A DNA stretch of 64,000 nt, from positions 18,972,001-19,036,000 of the forward strand of contig NC_045708.1 of NCBI RefSeq assembly GCF_009834535.1. The letters run 5' to 3'. The position numbers were made by a program, and so were the translations under genes. The notes under the pieces were generated by a model. That model made no database searches. It was given only the letters and a program-made list of their open reading frames with translations, and was not told the origin of the DNA. Positions 1-12,049 of this stretch are shown piece after piece (the stretch's first letter is position 1; each line of letters starts with the position of its first letter). Source of the DNA: Camelus ferus (taxonomy: Eukaryota).

Positions 1-384
1 TAGCAAAGGATTTGGTCTCTGGGTCCTGAGAGCCCTGTGTTCACCCTGAGGATGGCCTGAGGACAGTTCTAGCTGCAGCCCTCACGGCCCTGATCAGGTG
101 TCTGTCAGCTCATCGCAGACCCTGCAGTGCTGTGGTTTCCACGCTGGGGTTTCTGCAGGGCAAGGCAGAGGTGCCCCCTCCCCTCTTCTGAACAATTCCA
201 TTTTCAAAAATCTGATTTGCGTATTGGAGTCTACCTGGGAGTTGGTAGGGGTGGGTGAGTTCCAGTGAGGAAGACAAACATCAGAATGGATAGAAAAGTT
301 TTAAGGCCTGCCTGCTTCCCCTCAGCAGACTTTTAAGTCAGCCTTGGGGAAACGGGACACAAACAGGTACCGTACAAATCACCA

Positions 385-575
385 GCTGTTACTGAGCGCT
401 TACTGTGTGCTGATCAAGTGTCTCATTTATCCTCACCACAGCGCATGAGCCAGGTGCTCTCATCCCCACTTTAAGATGAGAAAAAGAGCACAGAGAAGTG
501 ATGTGATCTGCTCAAGATCACAGAGGTAGGAAGAGCGGAACCAGGATCAAACCCAGCAGCTGGGCTCCAGAGCCC
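385..575 (-). mobile_element. MIR SINE
   Basis: Core-like cccactttaagatgagaaaa, tctgctcaagatcacag and ggatcaaacccag; boundaries approximate. Confidence 0.65.
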
Positions 576-3469
576 CCACTGGAAACTACCGTGTGAGATG
601 GCCCCACTGGAGCACACAGGGCTGTGACCGACAGAAAGGGAGAACTGATGCTGGAGGCAAGAAAAAGGAAACTCTCCTTATGACAGTCCTATGAGATGGC
701 TGCCACTGTCCCTGTTTTACAAAGGGACAGAGTGAGTGAGGCTTACAGAGATTGTCATTGACCCAAGGCCACAGGGGACTGTGTGACAGAACCAGAATTT
801 TAACCCAGATCTGGGGCCTCAACCATGGGGGCTTAACCTGGAGACTGGCCAGTGCAGAGGCATTGAACCCCTGGCGGGGTGGCAGCAGGTGGGGAAGGCA
901 TTCTGCAGCCAGAAGCAGGGAGCACAGATGGACTAGGGTGTTGAAGGGACAGGAAGCAGAGCCTGTAGGCAGAGCTGTAAGGATGGAGGAGACAAGGACC
1001 AGTCCAAGCCATATAGGGGTTCTGTGGGTTAGGCAGCCCAAAGGAGGGTGGACTGTCTTGGGAGGTGAGGAGACACCTGTCAGTGAGTGTCTAAGCTGGG
1101 CTGGTTTGGAACAGATTCGTTAAAGGCTCAGAGGGTTCCCCCTGGCACCTTCCAAAGCTGAGGAATGACAGCTAAAAGTAGGGTGTTGAAAGGGCTCTCT
1201 GACAGCTGTGCAGTAAAGGGCTAGGTAGGGGGGTTGCTGAGTGTGGAGAGCAGGAGACAGGGAAGAGGAGGCTTGCAGAAGATCCTGGGCAGGGACTGAA
1301 ACCCGGGCAGTGGGAGGGCAGTAGAGATGGGGGACAGATGGGGAAGCTCTCAGAGGGAAGAGGGGGCAGTCCGGTGATTGGCAGTAAACATCAGGAGCGT
1401 GGTGCCAGGACATGGGGGCTGTTCACAGAAGTGGAAACTTGAAAATAGGAGAAAGTTTCAGTTGGGGAGGATTAATTGGAGTTCCAGTACAGAAGACAGC
1501 AGGAGAGGGTGGAAACATCGGATTCCAGAAGAGTCGCAGATAAAAGGATAGGCGATGAGAAAAAGGATGGGAATTTAGAAGCCAGAAGAATAAACAGCGA
1601 AGTTTGATGCCTTCCAGGGGTGCTAGCCGAGAGGTGGGGGCGGGTGGTGGAGGATGGTTAGAGAAGCATCCTTGGGAGGAGCCAGGAAAGAATGATGGGG
1701 AGGGGTGAGGATGCTGTTGGCCACTCTCCTCCCATTCTGGGAGACCTGCTGGAGGAAGTGGGCATCACAATAACCACTCCCATGTTCCCCCGGTGGACAC
1801 TTAATGAATATTATATATACAAATGCATATATGTATTTATTAAGGACAGGCAAGGATCTCATTGAACTTCAGGGAAGGATCTGAGGAGGGATTATTATCC
1901 CCATCTAATAAATGAGGAAAAAGGCTCAGAAAATAAGACTGACTTGCAAAAAATAAGTGGGGAAGCCTGGACCTTGGGCTAGGGGTGGAGGAGGGACCCT
2001 CAGGTGCTCAGAGTGTTGGTAGCATTCAGGACCCGGTTCCAATGAGGGGGAGGAGGAGTGGGTTTCATTCAGAGTCCACACCTTGCCCACCTTCTCTCTT
2101 GCAGGTCTGTGAGATGCCCTCTGACCTTCAAGCCATGGCAGCAGGTTGGACAGGAGAGGCAGGATGGAATGAAGCTGACTTAAGGGGTTTCAAGCTTGGG
2201 GAAGCTTTCATGGGGCCTCAGGCTCATGGTCCTGAAGCAAATGTAATCTGGGCCCAACCTTCTCAGGATGGGGCAGAATCTGGGAGCAGAACCCTGTCTG
2301 TCAGAGGAGATTGTAAGAGCCTCACTTTGGCCCTGGAAGAGTCCAGGCCTCCTCAAACAGATGGGGCCCAGAGTGGCAGAGGGGACAGAGCAGCTCTGCT
2401 GTGGCCAGCACCTCCTGGGAGGTATAGGTGGATATGGAGGGGCAGTGGTGGTCAAAATGGACTCTGTTGGCAAGGGGACACCGGCACCTACTATATGCCA
2501 GCTTGCGCCAAGCACTTTCATTTCCCTTAGAGGCTCTTCGCACTCTGCAGCCCACAGTTTGCATAGGAGGAAATTGCAGCTCAGAATAGTTAAGAGACCT
2601 GCTTAAGGTCACACAGTGGTAGAGCAGGAACTACTCAGGGTATCTGAAGACAGCCTTCAATCCTTCCACTACCCTGGTTCTTAGAAAGCTCTCTAACTTT
2701 GCTTTCAAAGTAAGTTCCTGTCAGCTCCTCAGTGGGCCGGTTGGGGCTGCTACTTACTCTGCAGATGGGGCAGCCGAAACTCTGAGGGACTGCTGCCAGC
2801 TCTGGTTACTGGAGTCACGGAGCAAGTCTGCAGGGGAGCTGGGGCCAAGCCCCAGTCATCTCCCACCCGCCAGTTCTGCTCTGGGTTTGCTGAAAGCACA
2901 GGCTGGGCCACGTCTCTGGGGAGCCAGGAGTCCAGGCCCGGTTTTGCATCAGGCCCTGTGAGAAGGTGTTTCCTCCTCCTCAGTGGGGCAGCAGGTCTGC
3001 TGGGCTGCCGGTTGAGTCAGCCTTCATCCCTCACTGCTCTTCTCCTGGTCCCTGAAACTCAGCTGCCAGGGGAGCCGGGGTTACCCTACGAAGGTGTCCC
3101 CTCCATACTGGACCCCTACAGGTAATACACCTTAGGGCTGGGGGTCCCCTGCGAGTGTCCTGAGGGGCAGGGACAGCCACCTGGTATCCTGAGCACCCTC
3201 TAGGACTTTGGGGTGGGGGAGGTGGAGCATGTCCAGTGCTGGAACAGCCAGATAGATGGACAGACCCTTATACTAACCAATGGGTCTGTCCCATCATGTT
3301 GAAGCAGAGTAGGGGGGACCAGATACTGGATTCTGCCCCTGGAACGAGAGGGTACTGCAGGGAGAGGGGTGTTGCTGGGGACCCTGGGCTCAGATCCCCA
3401 AAGCGCAGCCCAAGTTGACCTACAGGACAAGGACAGGATCAGTTCTGCGGACCTCCACCTCCATAGTCA

Positions 3470-3930
3470 CACATAAAGACCTGGTGGCCCCCGAGACACC
3501 AGAGCATACACCACAACACACAGCCCAGTCACACAACAGACAGTGTAGGAGATACACACATGCGCACACACCACACAGTGCTGCCACACAGCAAGTCATT
3601 GAACATACCACATGGCCAACAGTCACCCATGCAGCACCACACTGTGACATGACACAGACACACATGCAGTGATACAACATCCACACCCACAAAGTATACG
3701 GGTACATAGATCCCACAGGACGCAGACATGCCTGCCGAACTGAGACTCACAGTGGCACGAGGTAACACAGGGACAGCCACATGGGCTTCCCCACTATACC
3801 ACAGAAGAGCCCCAAACAGTGCGTCCGCTACACCCAGGACCAGCACACAGTAGATGTTCAGGAAATACTGTTAACATCAGGCACACAGGCATTCACACAG
3901 CGCTACACACGACACCTGGTAGAGACACCC
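3470..3930. repeat. Degenerate CA-rich low-complexity tract
   Basis: Repeated acacac and cacag units. Confidence 0.6.
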
Positions 3931-4549
3931 ACCCACCTCTGGGGTGAGGATGGGGCAGCAGCGGGGAGAGGGCTCCCTCAGCTGACTCACTGACTCAGCT
4001 GGGAGCGCATAGCATGGGCGGTGGCCACAAGCCAGGACTTGCCTGCTGAGCGTCCTCTTCCCATCTCAGCCCTGCCTGGTGCCCCAGGTGGGAGGGGACT
4101 GGAGGGGAGGGAGAGGAGGAGAGACCGCCCAGTGGGCTCAGGCCATGGCTCTGCCCACATCCCAGGCACGCGCCCCTTGCCACGTCCACACGCCCCTCAG
4201 GGCTGGACAGATATTTTCCTTCCGGAGTCACCGTAGTACCTGAGCTGCTTGGCAGCACTCAGCCTCCACCGCCAGGACCCCAGCCAGGTCCCGAGCCGGG
4301 GCGTGGGGAACCCATGTGGCCAGAGCAGAGGAGCCCAGGGTCTCCGAGCAAGAGGGCCGGGCTGGCAGCAGGGGCATCCCTGGGCTGCAGGCCTCAGTGG
4401 GAGTGGGTGCAGTGGTTACCTCCTGGGGAGGAAGTTGGGCTGTGGGCTGGGGAGGAGGTTGCCTCAGACAGGAAGGCCAAATGGGGCAGGGTGGAGGTGA
4501 AGGGTGGAGGAAAGACCCAGGTTGGGAGATTCCCAGGGCAGGGGGCGAG

Positions 4550-5125
4550 CAGATATGCGTGTGCGCCTGTGCACCTGGCTGCGTGTTTGTAGGTGTGTGT
4601 TCCTCCTGTATGTGCAGGTGGATTTCTGCATTTAACTTGTCAAACTTTTACCAGCGATCTGTTTTGTGCAAAGTTCTGGCTTTGGGGGTGAGGCCCTGTC
4701 CCTACCTTTAAGGAGACCACAATCCAGTTTGAAGAGGTAGTGTGTGTGTGCGAAAGTCTGTGTGATTTGTATATGCCTAGGGACGTGCCTTTGTCCCCAG
4801 GCTTATTCTTGTACCGGTGAACCCACCTGTGGGTCCTTGTCTGTCTTGTGTACACACGCCTGTGTGCAGGTTTAAGAATATGTTAGGTCCATCTCTTGGT
4901 CTGGATATGGGTCTGGGCCTTCGACTGCATAGGGGCCTGTACAGGGGAATGTGCATCCATGTGCCTCTTTGTACAGGTGTCAGTGTGCATGTGTGACCCG
5001 GTATGCATCTCACTGTGGGTAACTATCTACATATGTCAGTGTGCGTGCATGTATGTCTCTGTACACGTCTTTGCGAGTGGCCCTGACTATGTCCATGGGC
5101 CACTATATGTGTGTCCACAAGTGCA
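4550..5125. repeat. Degenerate TG-rich low-complexity tract
   Basis: Repeated gtgtgt and atgtgt units. Confidence 0.6.
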
Positions 5126-5306
5126 TCTCATGCCACCTTGATCTCAGTCTTCCTGGGCTTGTACCCTGCCCACCACCTGGCCATATATTTGGGCAGAAAA
5201 GGGCAGTCGGCCCCAGGCTGTGCCCTGTACATATGCAGGGCTTAACCTGACCCTTGGTCTGCCCCCAGGGAGCCACACGTGCCCAGCCGGGGCACTGCCC
5301 CAGCTG

Positions 5307-8300
5307 ATGCCCCAGAGGGGCCACCCATCTCAAGAGGGCCTCTGGGCCCTGGCTGGCCCTTTCATGGAGCGTGAGTCAGATCCTGAGGCAGACGGGCTAT
5401 TGGACCTCAGCTTCCTGACAGAGGAGGAACAGGAGGCCATTGCCGAGGTCCTGAAGCGAGATGCCCACCTGCGCCAGCTGGAGGAGGGACGAGTCAGGTG
5501 AGGCAGAGCAGGGGAGCCCAGGAGGAAGGGGCCTCAGGCCCTGGGGGGCTTGGGTGGCCCCCCACCATGTCCCCTTCCACCATGGAGCCTGTCAGATACT
5601 TGGGTAGGTCTTATATTTGCCCATTGGTCCCCTCTACCCTTGGCCAGCTCAGCTCATCACCTCTCCCAGGGTGGCTGCACCAGCTCCTCTGCCAGCCTCC
5701 CTGCCTCCAGGCCCACCCTTTCCAGCCCACCCGTCATGCTGCAGCTGGAGCTCTCCAGGCTGGTCCTTCATATCTCCTCCTGAGACCTCTTGTGGCTCCT
5801 CAGCATCCCCTGTCAGGGGCAGGCTCCTAAGCATGGTCCACAAGGCCTCCTTGGTTGGTGCCTGCCAGCCTCTCTGATCTCATCTTCCACCAGTTATCCC
5901 CACCCGCCAACACACATACACAAAGTGTCCACTACAGCCATCCAGGCACTCCACAGTCCCTGAACACACCCTTCACTTCTATACTGTTCTTCCTGCCTGG
6001 AAGAGCACAGTGGCAGAGGAGCATGGGACTTAGGAGTAGTGTTTGGGGACAGACAGATACCTCTTACCTTGTAATCTTGGCACCACTCTCCTCATCTGTA
6101 AAATGGGGCTAAGAAGCCCTATCTCACAGAATTAAGAAGGATTATTCACAATCATTTAATGAATTATAACTCATTTTCTTTACCAATTTGTCTTTAAGAA
6201 GCAACTCAAATGGTACTTCTTCTCGGAAGTCCTCCTGGATTCCTACAGGCAAAGCTGGCCCTCTCACATTTATCATGGCTCCTACCTCACTATATTGTAC
6301 CTATTTATTCTGGACTCAATCTCCCCACCAAACTGAGCTCCTCCAAAACAGAGATCAAGCTTGATTTGCTGTTATATACCAGGCCCCAGGTACAGGGCCT
6401 GGCACAGAGTGGGTGGCAAGAATGTTGATTGCATGAATGGTGACAGCCACACGCTCCCCATCCTCTAGCAAGCTCCGGGCCTCGCTGGCAGACCCTGGGC
6501 AGCTGAAGACCCTAACAGGGGACTGGTTCCAGGAAGCACGCTCCCAGCGGCACCACCATGTCCACTTCGGTTCTGACCTTGTCCGAGCCTCCATCCGCAG
6601 GAAGAAAGGCTCCAGGGGTGAGAGGAGATCCCCAGAGTGGGGCAGGCCTTGCACAGCCCACGGCACTAGATGTATGTGGACAGGGAGAGAGGGACTCTGG
6701 TTTCAGTTCCAGCTGCCCCTGGTACTGTGTGACTCTTGGGTGGGCATCACCCCTCCATGGGATATGGGAGGTGAGTGGGCCTCTCCAAGGGCCAGGCATC
6801 CTGAGAACAGGGGTTCACAGAACTTCTCACCTGGTGCAGGAGGCCAGGCTCAGGGCAGCAATGGCGAGGCTGAGGCTGCTGAGAAAGAGGCTGAAGAGGC
6901 ACTGGAGCCCAGGTGAGGAGGTGTGGCAGGGAGTGGAGGGTGCCTACCAGTCATCTGGGGCCCATCCCTGACAACCACCTCTCCCTCCTCCCAGTCTCCC
7001 CAGAGATGAGGCCACCCAAGAGAAGCTCAGTGAGGCTGAGGTGAGTAATAAGTGACCGAATAGGCTAATAAGTGAACCTACAGTGTCCCTGGAGTGAAGG
7101 TGGGATATGCTGGGGAAAGAGCTCAGCCTGAGAAGCAGGACACCCTGGCCTGGGCCTCTATCATTCTCCTGTCAAATGGGGGTGTGGACCCAGCCTTAAA
7201 GGGAAACTCTGAATCCAGCTATTAGGGGCAGAGTGGGGACTGAGCTGGCAGAGGTCCAAGACTCAGATGCTACTGTCCCCCACCAGTGGGACCTTGGGAG
7301 TCAGGCAGGGCAGGCCCTGAAGCGTGAAGGGGTGTGAAGTACAGGCCAGACTGGTTCTGCAGCTGGTTGCCAGTCCTGCCCTGAGGGCTGTGCAAAATCT
7401 GAAACTGGAGTAGCCAGCTGGAGCCTCTGACCTCTGACTCCATAACCTTTGACCCCCTTTACCACTAGCCCCTACTGTTACTTCTACCCTCTGTTTCTTT
7501 TAGGGACCTGATTTCCCCTCACCATATGTCCCCCTAAAGGCTTCAGAAGATGAAGAGCAGCCCCAGGCCCAGGAAGGTGAGCGGGAATGTGTGTGTTGGC
7601 ATAAAGAGGTTTCAGTGATCAGAGGTGGCTCTTAGTGACCCCAACCACCCATGTTCACCGTCCTCCTCCCCCTCCCCCGCCCCGCATTGGGGATGGGTAG
7701 GTGTGGTTTCCATGGGCAACCCCAGAGCTGCACTGGGGCCTGAGTGGGGGTATAAACCAGTCCCTGAAAATTTGCTCAGGGGCGGGCAGGGTAAGGGGCT
7801 CGCTGAGCAGTTTATGCCCCACCCAGCCCCTGGCCCAAGGGGCGCTCTCGTCTACGCCGCGGAGGAGGCGGACCCGGAGCCGGAGCGGCTGTCGCGAGGA
7901 GAGGTGGAGCCGCAGCCCCCTCCAGCCCAGGTAGGCGGGAGCGGCCGGCAGCTGCTCTCAAGACCCGGACCGGATTTCGGGCGGGGAGTGCCGCTACCCA
8001 AGGCGCCGAGCCTTCCGAGACTGAGAGCGGTCGCGGGAGGGGTGGGGGGGAAAGGGGCGCCGCCGTCACTCCCCGTCTCCCCAGACCCAGGCGACGTCCG
8101 AGATCCAGGAGAATGGGGAGGAGGCCCCGGGGCTCGACCCTTCACTCGACCGCATGCTCAGCAGCAGCTCCTCCATGTCCAGCCTCAACTCCTCCACGGT
8201 GAGGGAGTGAGGGAGAGGGCCTGAGATGAGGTGGGGGATGCCTCCCTCCGCATATCCCGACCCGTAGCCCCTGCATCACCCCCTCCCTTTTCCCGGACCA

Positions 8301-11300
8301 GACACTCCAGGCCCCAGGCAAGCTTCCTAGTTATACCCCTCCATGCCCGCCCCATCTGAACCCTCCGCGCTACCCCGCCCCCAGCCCCGACGTGAGCTAC
8401 CGCAGCCCACCCTGACCTCTCCACCCTCCGCCCGCAGCTGAGCGGCAGCCAAATGAGCCTGTCCGGGGAGGCGGAGGCAGGCGCGGTGCAGGTGCGCGGT
8501 TCCGTGCACTTTGCGCTGCGCTACGAGGCGGGAGCCGCCGAGCTGCGCGTGCACGTGATCCAGTGCCAGGGCCTGGCAACCGCCCGTCGCCGCCGGTTGG
8601 ACCCGTGAGTTCCCAACCCGGGCGAGGCGGGGGCGTGAGGGAGCGGCCCTCACTGCCCAGCCTCACTGCTTTTCCTCCTCAGTTTCCTCATCTTCAAAAT
8701 GGGAATGACGTTCTTGGGCGGCATGGGGGTTGGGTGAGATAACTCCCTATAGAGCGCTGCACAAAGCCTGGCACGTGAAGCTGTGTTCCGGCCTGTGGCT
8801 GGGGAAGCCCCGCGACAGGGGAGTAGGCGCTGGAAGGGCCTCCTTTACCTCCAATCCTCACCTCCCCCGCCCCAGCTATGTCAAAAGCTACCTCCTCCCG
8901 GACAAGCAGAGCAAGCGCAAAACATCGGTGAAGAAACGGAACCTGAATCCGGTCTTCAACGAGACTCTCCGGGTGAGGCTGCGACGACCGAGAGGGCCCC
9001 CATTAATGAACCGGGCACCTCTTCCTGCAGGGGGACGGGTGGCAGGGACAGCATGATATCTTCATTGCCTTCTGCGGACGGAACGGCAGGGAGGCCCTAG
9101 CATAAACGTGCTCTCCAGCGTTATCAGTCTAGAGATGGGCATGGCGCTAGTCCAGACCTCATTAATGTCCTCTGGGGCTCCCCAGGATCCCTTCCTGAGA
9201 GGAGTGTGGTAGGAGAAGCCCCAGCTAACACTCCCGCAGCACTGGAAGCCAGGGCCATCGACGCTGCTCCATTAAGGCGCCCCTCCTGTCCCCAGTACTC
9301 TGTCCCGCAGGCCGAGCTCCAGGACCGCGTGCTGAATCTGTCGGTGTGGCACCGCGAAAGCCTGGGTCGCAACATTTTCCTGGGCGAAGTCGAAGTGCCT
9401 CTGGACACGTGGGACTGGGACTCCGAGCCCACCTGGCTCCCCCTGCGGCCCCGGGTGAGCAGCTGACCCGCATGGGGGTACCCGCGGCACAAAACTGACT
9501 TTACTACACTGGGCTTTCCCTCTCAGCCTGTCTTCTGCAAAGCCTCCTTCAGCCTCGAAACCTTACGGCCCCATGGGAAGCTCTGGGCCCGGACGGCAGG
9601 TTCTGTGGGGGTGCTCAGATTCCCCAGGCGGTTCTCTCGGGAACTGCCCCGACAGACCCCCGCGGGGATAGGCAGGGCCGGTGGGTGTTTGGAGACTCCT
9701 CCCTCTATGGCCCCTTTCCCTAGGACCCTGTCCTCGCCCCCTTGACGAGCCCACCTCCCGCAGGTCTCGCCCTCTCCCGACTACCTTCCCAGCCGCGGGT
9801 TGCTTTCTCTGTCTCTCAAGTACGTCCCCGCCGGTTCCGAGGGTGAGTGACCATCCGCGAGAAGCCAAGCTGAACCGGCCCTGGGAGGCAGGGAATCCCT
9901 GTCCCACAAGGGTAGGGGGAACTCTGTCCGTGGGGCTGGACCTCAGCCGAGCCTCTCCGCAGGCGCAGGACTACCCCCGACTGGGGAGCTGCACTTCTGG
10001 GTGAAGGAAGCTCAGGACCTCGTGCCTCTGCGCTCAGGATCCCTGGATACTTACATCCAATGGTGAGGAGCATCGGGACCTCCCCTTTGCCTGCCTTTCT
10101 CCTAAAGTGGAGCTCACTGCCTCCAACAGATTCCTTCTAGTCACCCACTTTGATTCTGCAATCTGAGGACAGCCTGAGCTTTGTCTGGGGACAGCCTGAG
10201 CAAAGGCCTTGAGTCAGGAGAGTTGAGGACGACTTTGTAGAGCTGCATTTCAGTGACTGGCACCTAGAGGAGTTGTTGGAGAGCTGAGGCTGAGACCTGG
10301 GAGGTCTCAGGGGCCCTTCAATGGAAGACCTGGAAGGCCAGGCTGTGGGGCTTGGCGCTGAACTTGCAGTTCAGTGGTTTTCTTTGTTGTTTGTTTGTTT
10401 TTGTTTTGGGGGGGAGGTAAATAGGTTTATTTATTTACTTATTTATTTTGTTGGAGGTACTGGGGATTGAACCCAGGACCTCATGCATACCACACACTCT
10501 ACCGCTGAATTATACCCCCCACCCCGTAGTTTTCAAAGTAAGCTTCCAGGGAACTCAAGGGGTGCCTTCAGGTGCGGCCCCACCCTCAGAGTTAAATGGA
10601 GGTAGGCTGATGAGATTCTGAGTCCCCAGCCCTGATTCAACCAGAGACATTGTTTTTCTTTTAGGTTTTGTATTTCTGAGCAATATTTTGTCTTACAGAA
10701 GGGGCTCCAAGGCTTTAAGAAGTTTGAAAACTACTTCTGGGGGGCCACGAAGTTATTAAGCTAAGGAATAGCAGAATTGCATATCAGAGACTTCACTCTG
10801 GGGCCCTGTGAATAGGAGCTGTAACTTTCAAAGGCAGGAGATCTAAGAGGAGGCTGGTACAAATGTCCCAGGGTAGCAAGGGTTTGAGGCCAGTTCTCAG
10901 ACAGGAGCCAGAGGACATGGACATTGTGAGGGCCTATGGGTAGGACTCATTGGTTGGTTGGTTACTGGTTGGTTCTGGGGAGTGTGAGAGGGTGGCCACT
11001 TGATGCCAGCCCACCTCCCCCACAGCTCAGTGCTGCCTGATGACAGCCGGGCCAGCCGCCAGCGGACAAGGGTTGTGCGACGCAACCTCAGCCCCGTATT
11101 CAATCACACCATGGTTTACGATGGCTTCGGGCCTGCTGACCTGCGCCAGGCCTGTGCTGAGCTCTCCCTCTGGGACCATGGGGCCCTGGCCAGTCACCAG
11201 CTGGGGGGCATACGCCTCAGCCTGGGCACCGGTGAGTGGGGCAGATCCCTGGGGGAAGATGACACTAGGAGGCAGGGGCTTAACTCTTGGCCTTGGGCAC

Positions 11301-11577
11301 TTCTCTGCCCTTTCCTAATCTTTGGTGTCCACTGAGAACTGGGGGTGATAGTGCACAATCTGGACCAGGCAGGTGTTCCCTGGGACCGGGGGTGGCCAGA
11401 GTGACCTTGCCTTCCACCCCTGCCTGCCCACATCTAGGCAGCAGCTATGGGCTCCAGGTGCCCTGGATGGACTCCACATCTGAGGAGAAGCAGCTATGGG
11501 AGACCCTCCTGGAGCGGCCATGTGAGTGGGTGGACGGCCTTCTGCCCCTCAGAACCAACCTGGCCCCCAGGACATAG
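5307..11577 (+). CDS. SYTL1: Synaptotagmin-like protein 1 (Slp1/JFC1): Rab27-binding SHD plus C2A and C2B; 14 coding exons, 565 aa
   Basis: Exons (all GT-AG, phases consistent): 5307-5497, 6469-6617, 6840-6912, 6995-7040, 7504-7576, 7827-7930, 8085-8198, 8438-8604, 8876-8972, 9296-9454, 9764-9842, 9963-10062, 11026-11231, 11438-11577; total 1698 nt. Starts [15 protein letters not shown], has [17 protein letters not shown] and TGDWF, C2[17 protein letters not shown], ends [17 protein letters not shown]. The non-coding first exon was not located. Confidence 0.96.
6190..6440 (+). mobile_element. L2 LINE 3' fragment
   Basis: aaatggtacttcttctcggaagtcctcc...ggcctggcacagagtgggtggcaagaatgttgattgcatgaatg resembles the L2 terminus. 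Confidence 0.55.
7800..10000. other. Intragenic CpG island over the middle SYTL1 exons
   Basis: Visibly high GC and CpG density compared with the flanks; boundaries approximate. Confidence 0.7.
8665..8775 (+). mobile_element. MIR SINE in a SYTL1 intron
   Basis: cctcagtttcctcatcttcaaaatgggaatga...gtgagataa...aaagcctggcacg; boundaries approximate. Confidence 0.7.
10383..10525 (-). mobile_element. tRNA-derived SINE, camelid Vic-1-like, with target-site duplication
   Basis: tRNA-like head with degenerate A box TAATTCAGCGG and B box GGTTCAATCC, (AAAT)n segment, CTATTTACCTCCCC motif and A-rich tail; flanks GTGGTTTTC (10374-10382) and GTAGTTTTC (10526-10534). Confidence 0.85.
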
Positions 11578-11646
11578 CTGCCCTACAAGCCCTACAACAC
11601 CCCTCTTTCTGGACCCCCATCTCAGAGCCTGCCCGTGGCTAAAGTC

Positions 11647-11652
11647 AATAAA
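11647..11652 (+). terminator. SYTL1: SYTL1 polyadenylation signal AATAAA
   Basis: Canonical AATAAA 70 nt after the TAG stop. Confidence 0.8.
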
Positions 11653-12049
11653 TTCTGTTCTAAGAAACAAGGGGCTGATGTCTGCTTGGGGGCAGGAAAG
11701 AGCCAGGGAAGTGAAGGGTGCCAGATGAAGGAATTTTAGACTCAGACATAAAGACCCTAAGGAACTAATTCCAAGACCCCTCCCCATACTTCAGAAATTG
11801 CCAAGGTCCAGGGGTACCAAAGTGTTCTGTTTCATAGTCTTGCCTGGTGGTACTCAGTGAGCTTGGGGTGTCTCTGTTGTTGGTTCTTCCGACTAAGGTT
11901 AGGCCTGGGCACTACCCAGCCTCCCACCCACCTGGCCTCTTCCAGTTGCCCCTGGGTCCTGGGGCAGGTATATCAGAAACCTCTTGTGTTTTCTCCATTC
12001 ATCCATCCTTGGGTCTGGCCTCTTGTCTCTGATGTCCTCATTCAGCCTC

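Noticed and set aside
1-2700. Possible 3' end of TMEM222 (upstream neighbour in human) or the SYTL1 non-coding exon 1
   Set aside because: No recognisable TMEM222 coding sequence, and no donor I could assign with confidence; mostly MIR fragments and purine-rich DNA.
7809-7811. Alternative acceptor cag|tttatg for the SYTL1 exon ending at 7930
   Set aside because: It gives the wrong phase; the acceptor at 7826/7827 keeps the frame.
7625-8224. 199-aa ORF reading through SYTL1 exon 7827-7930 and the following intron
   Set aside because: Only 7827-7930 is homologous to Slp1; the 154-nt GC-rich intron lacks stops by composition, and retaining it would frameshift the next exon.
10453-10520. tRNA-like sequences with A and B boxes (also 26500-26570)
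   Set aside because: These are SINE heads with A-rich tails and TSDs, and lack a complete cloverleaf; they are not tRNA genes.
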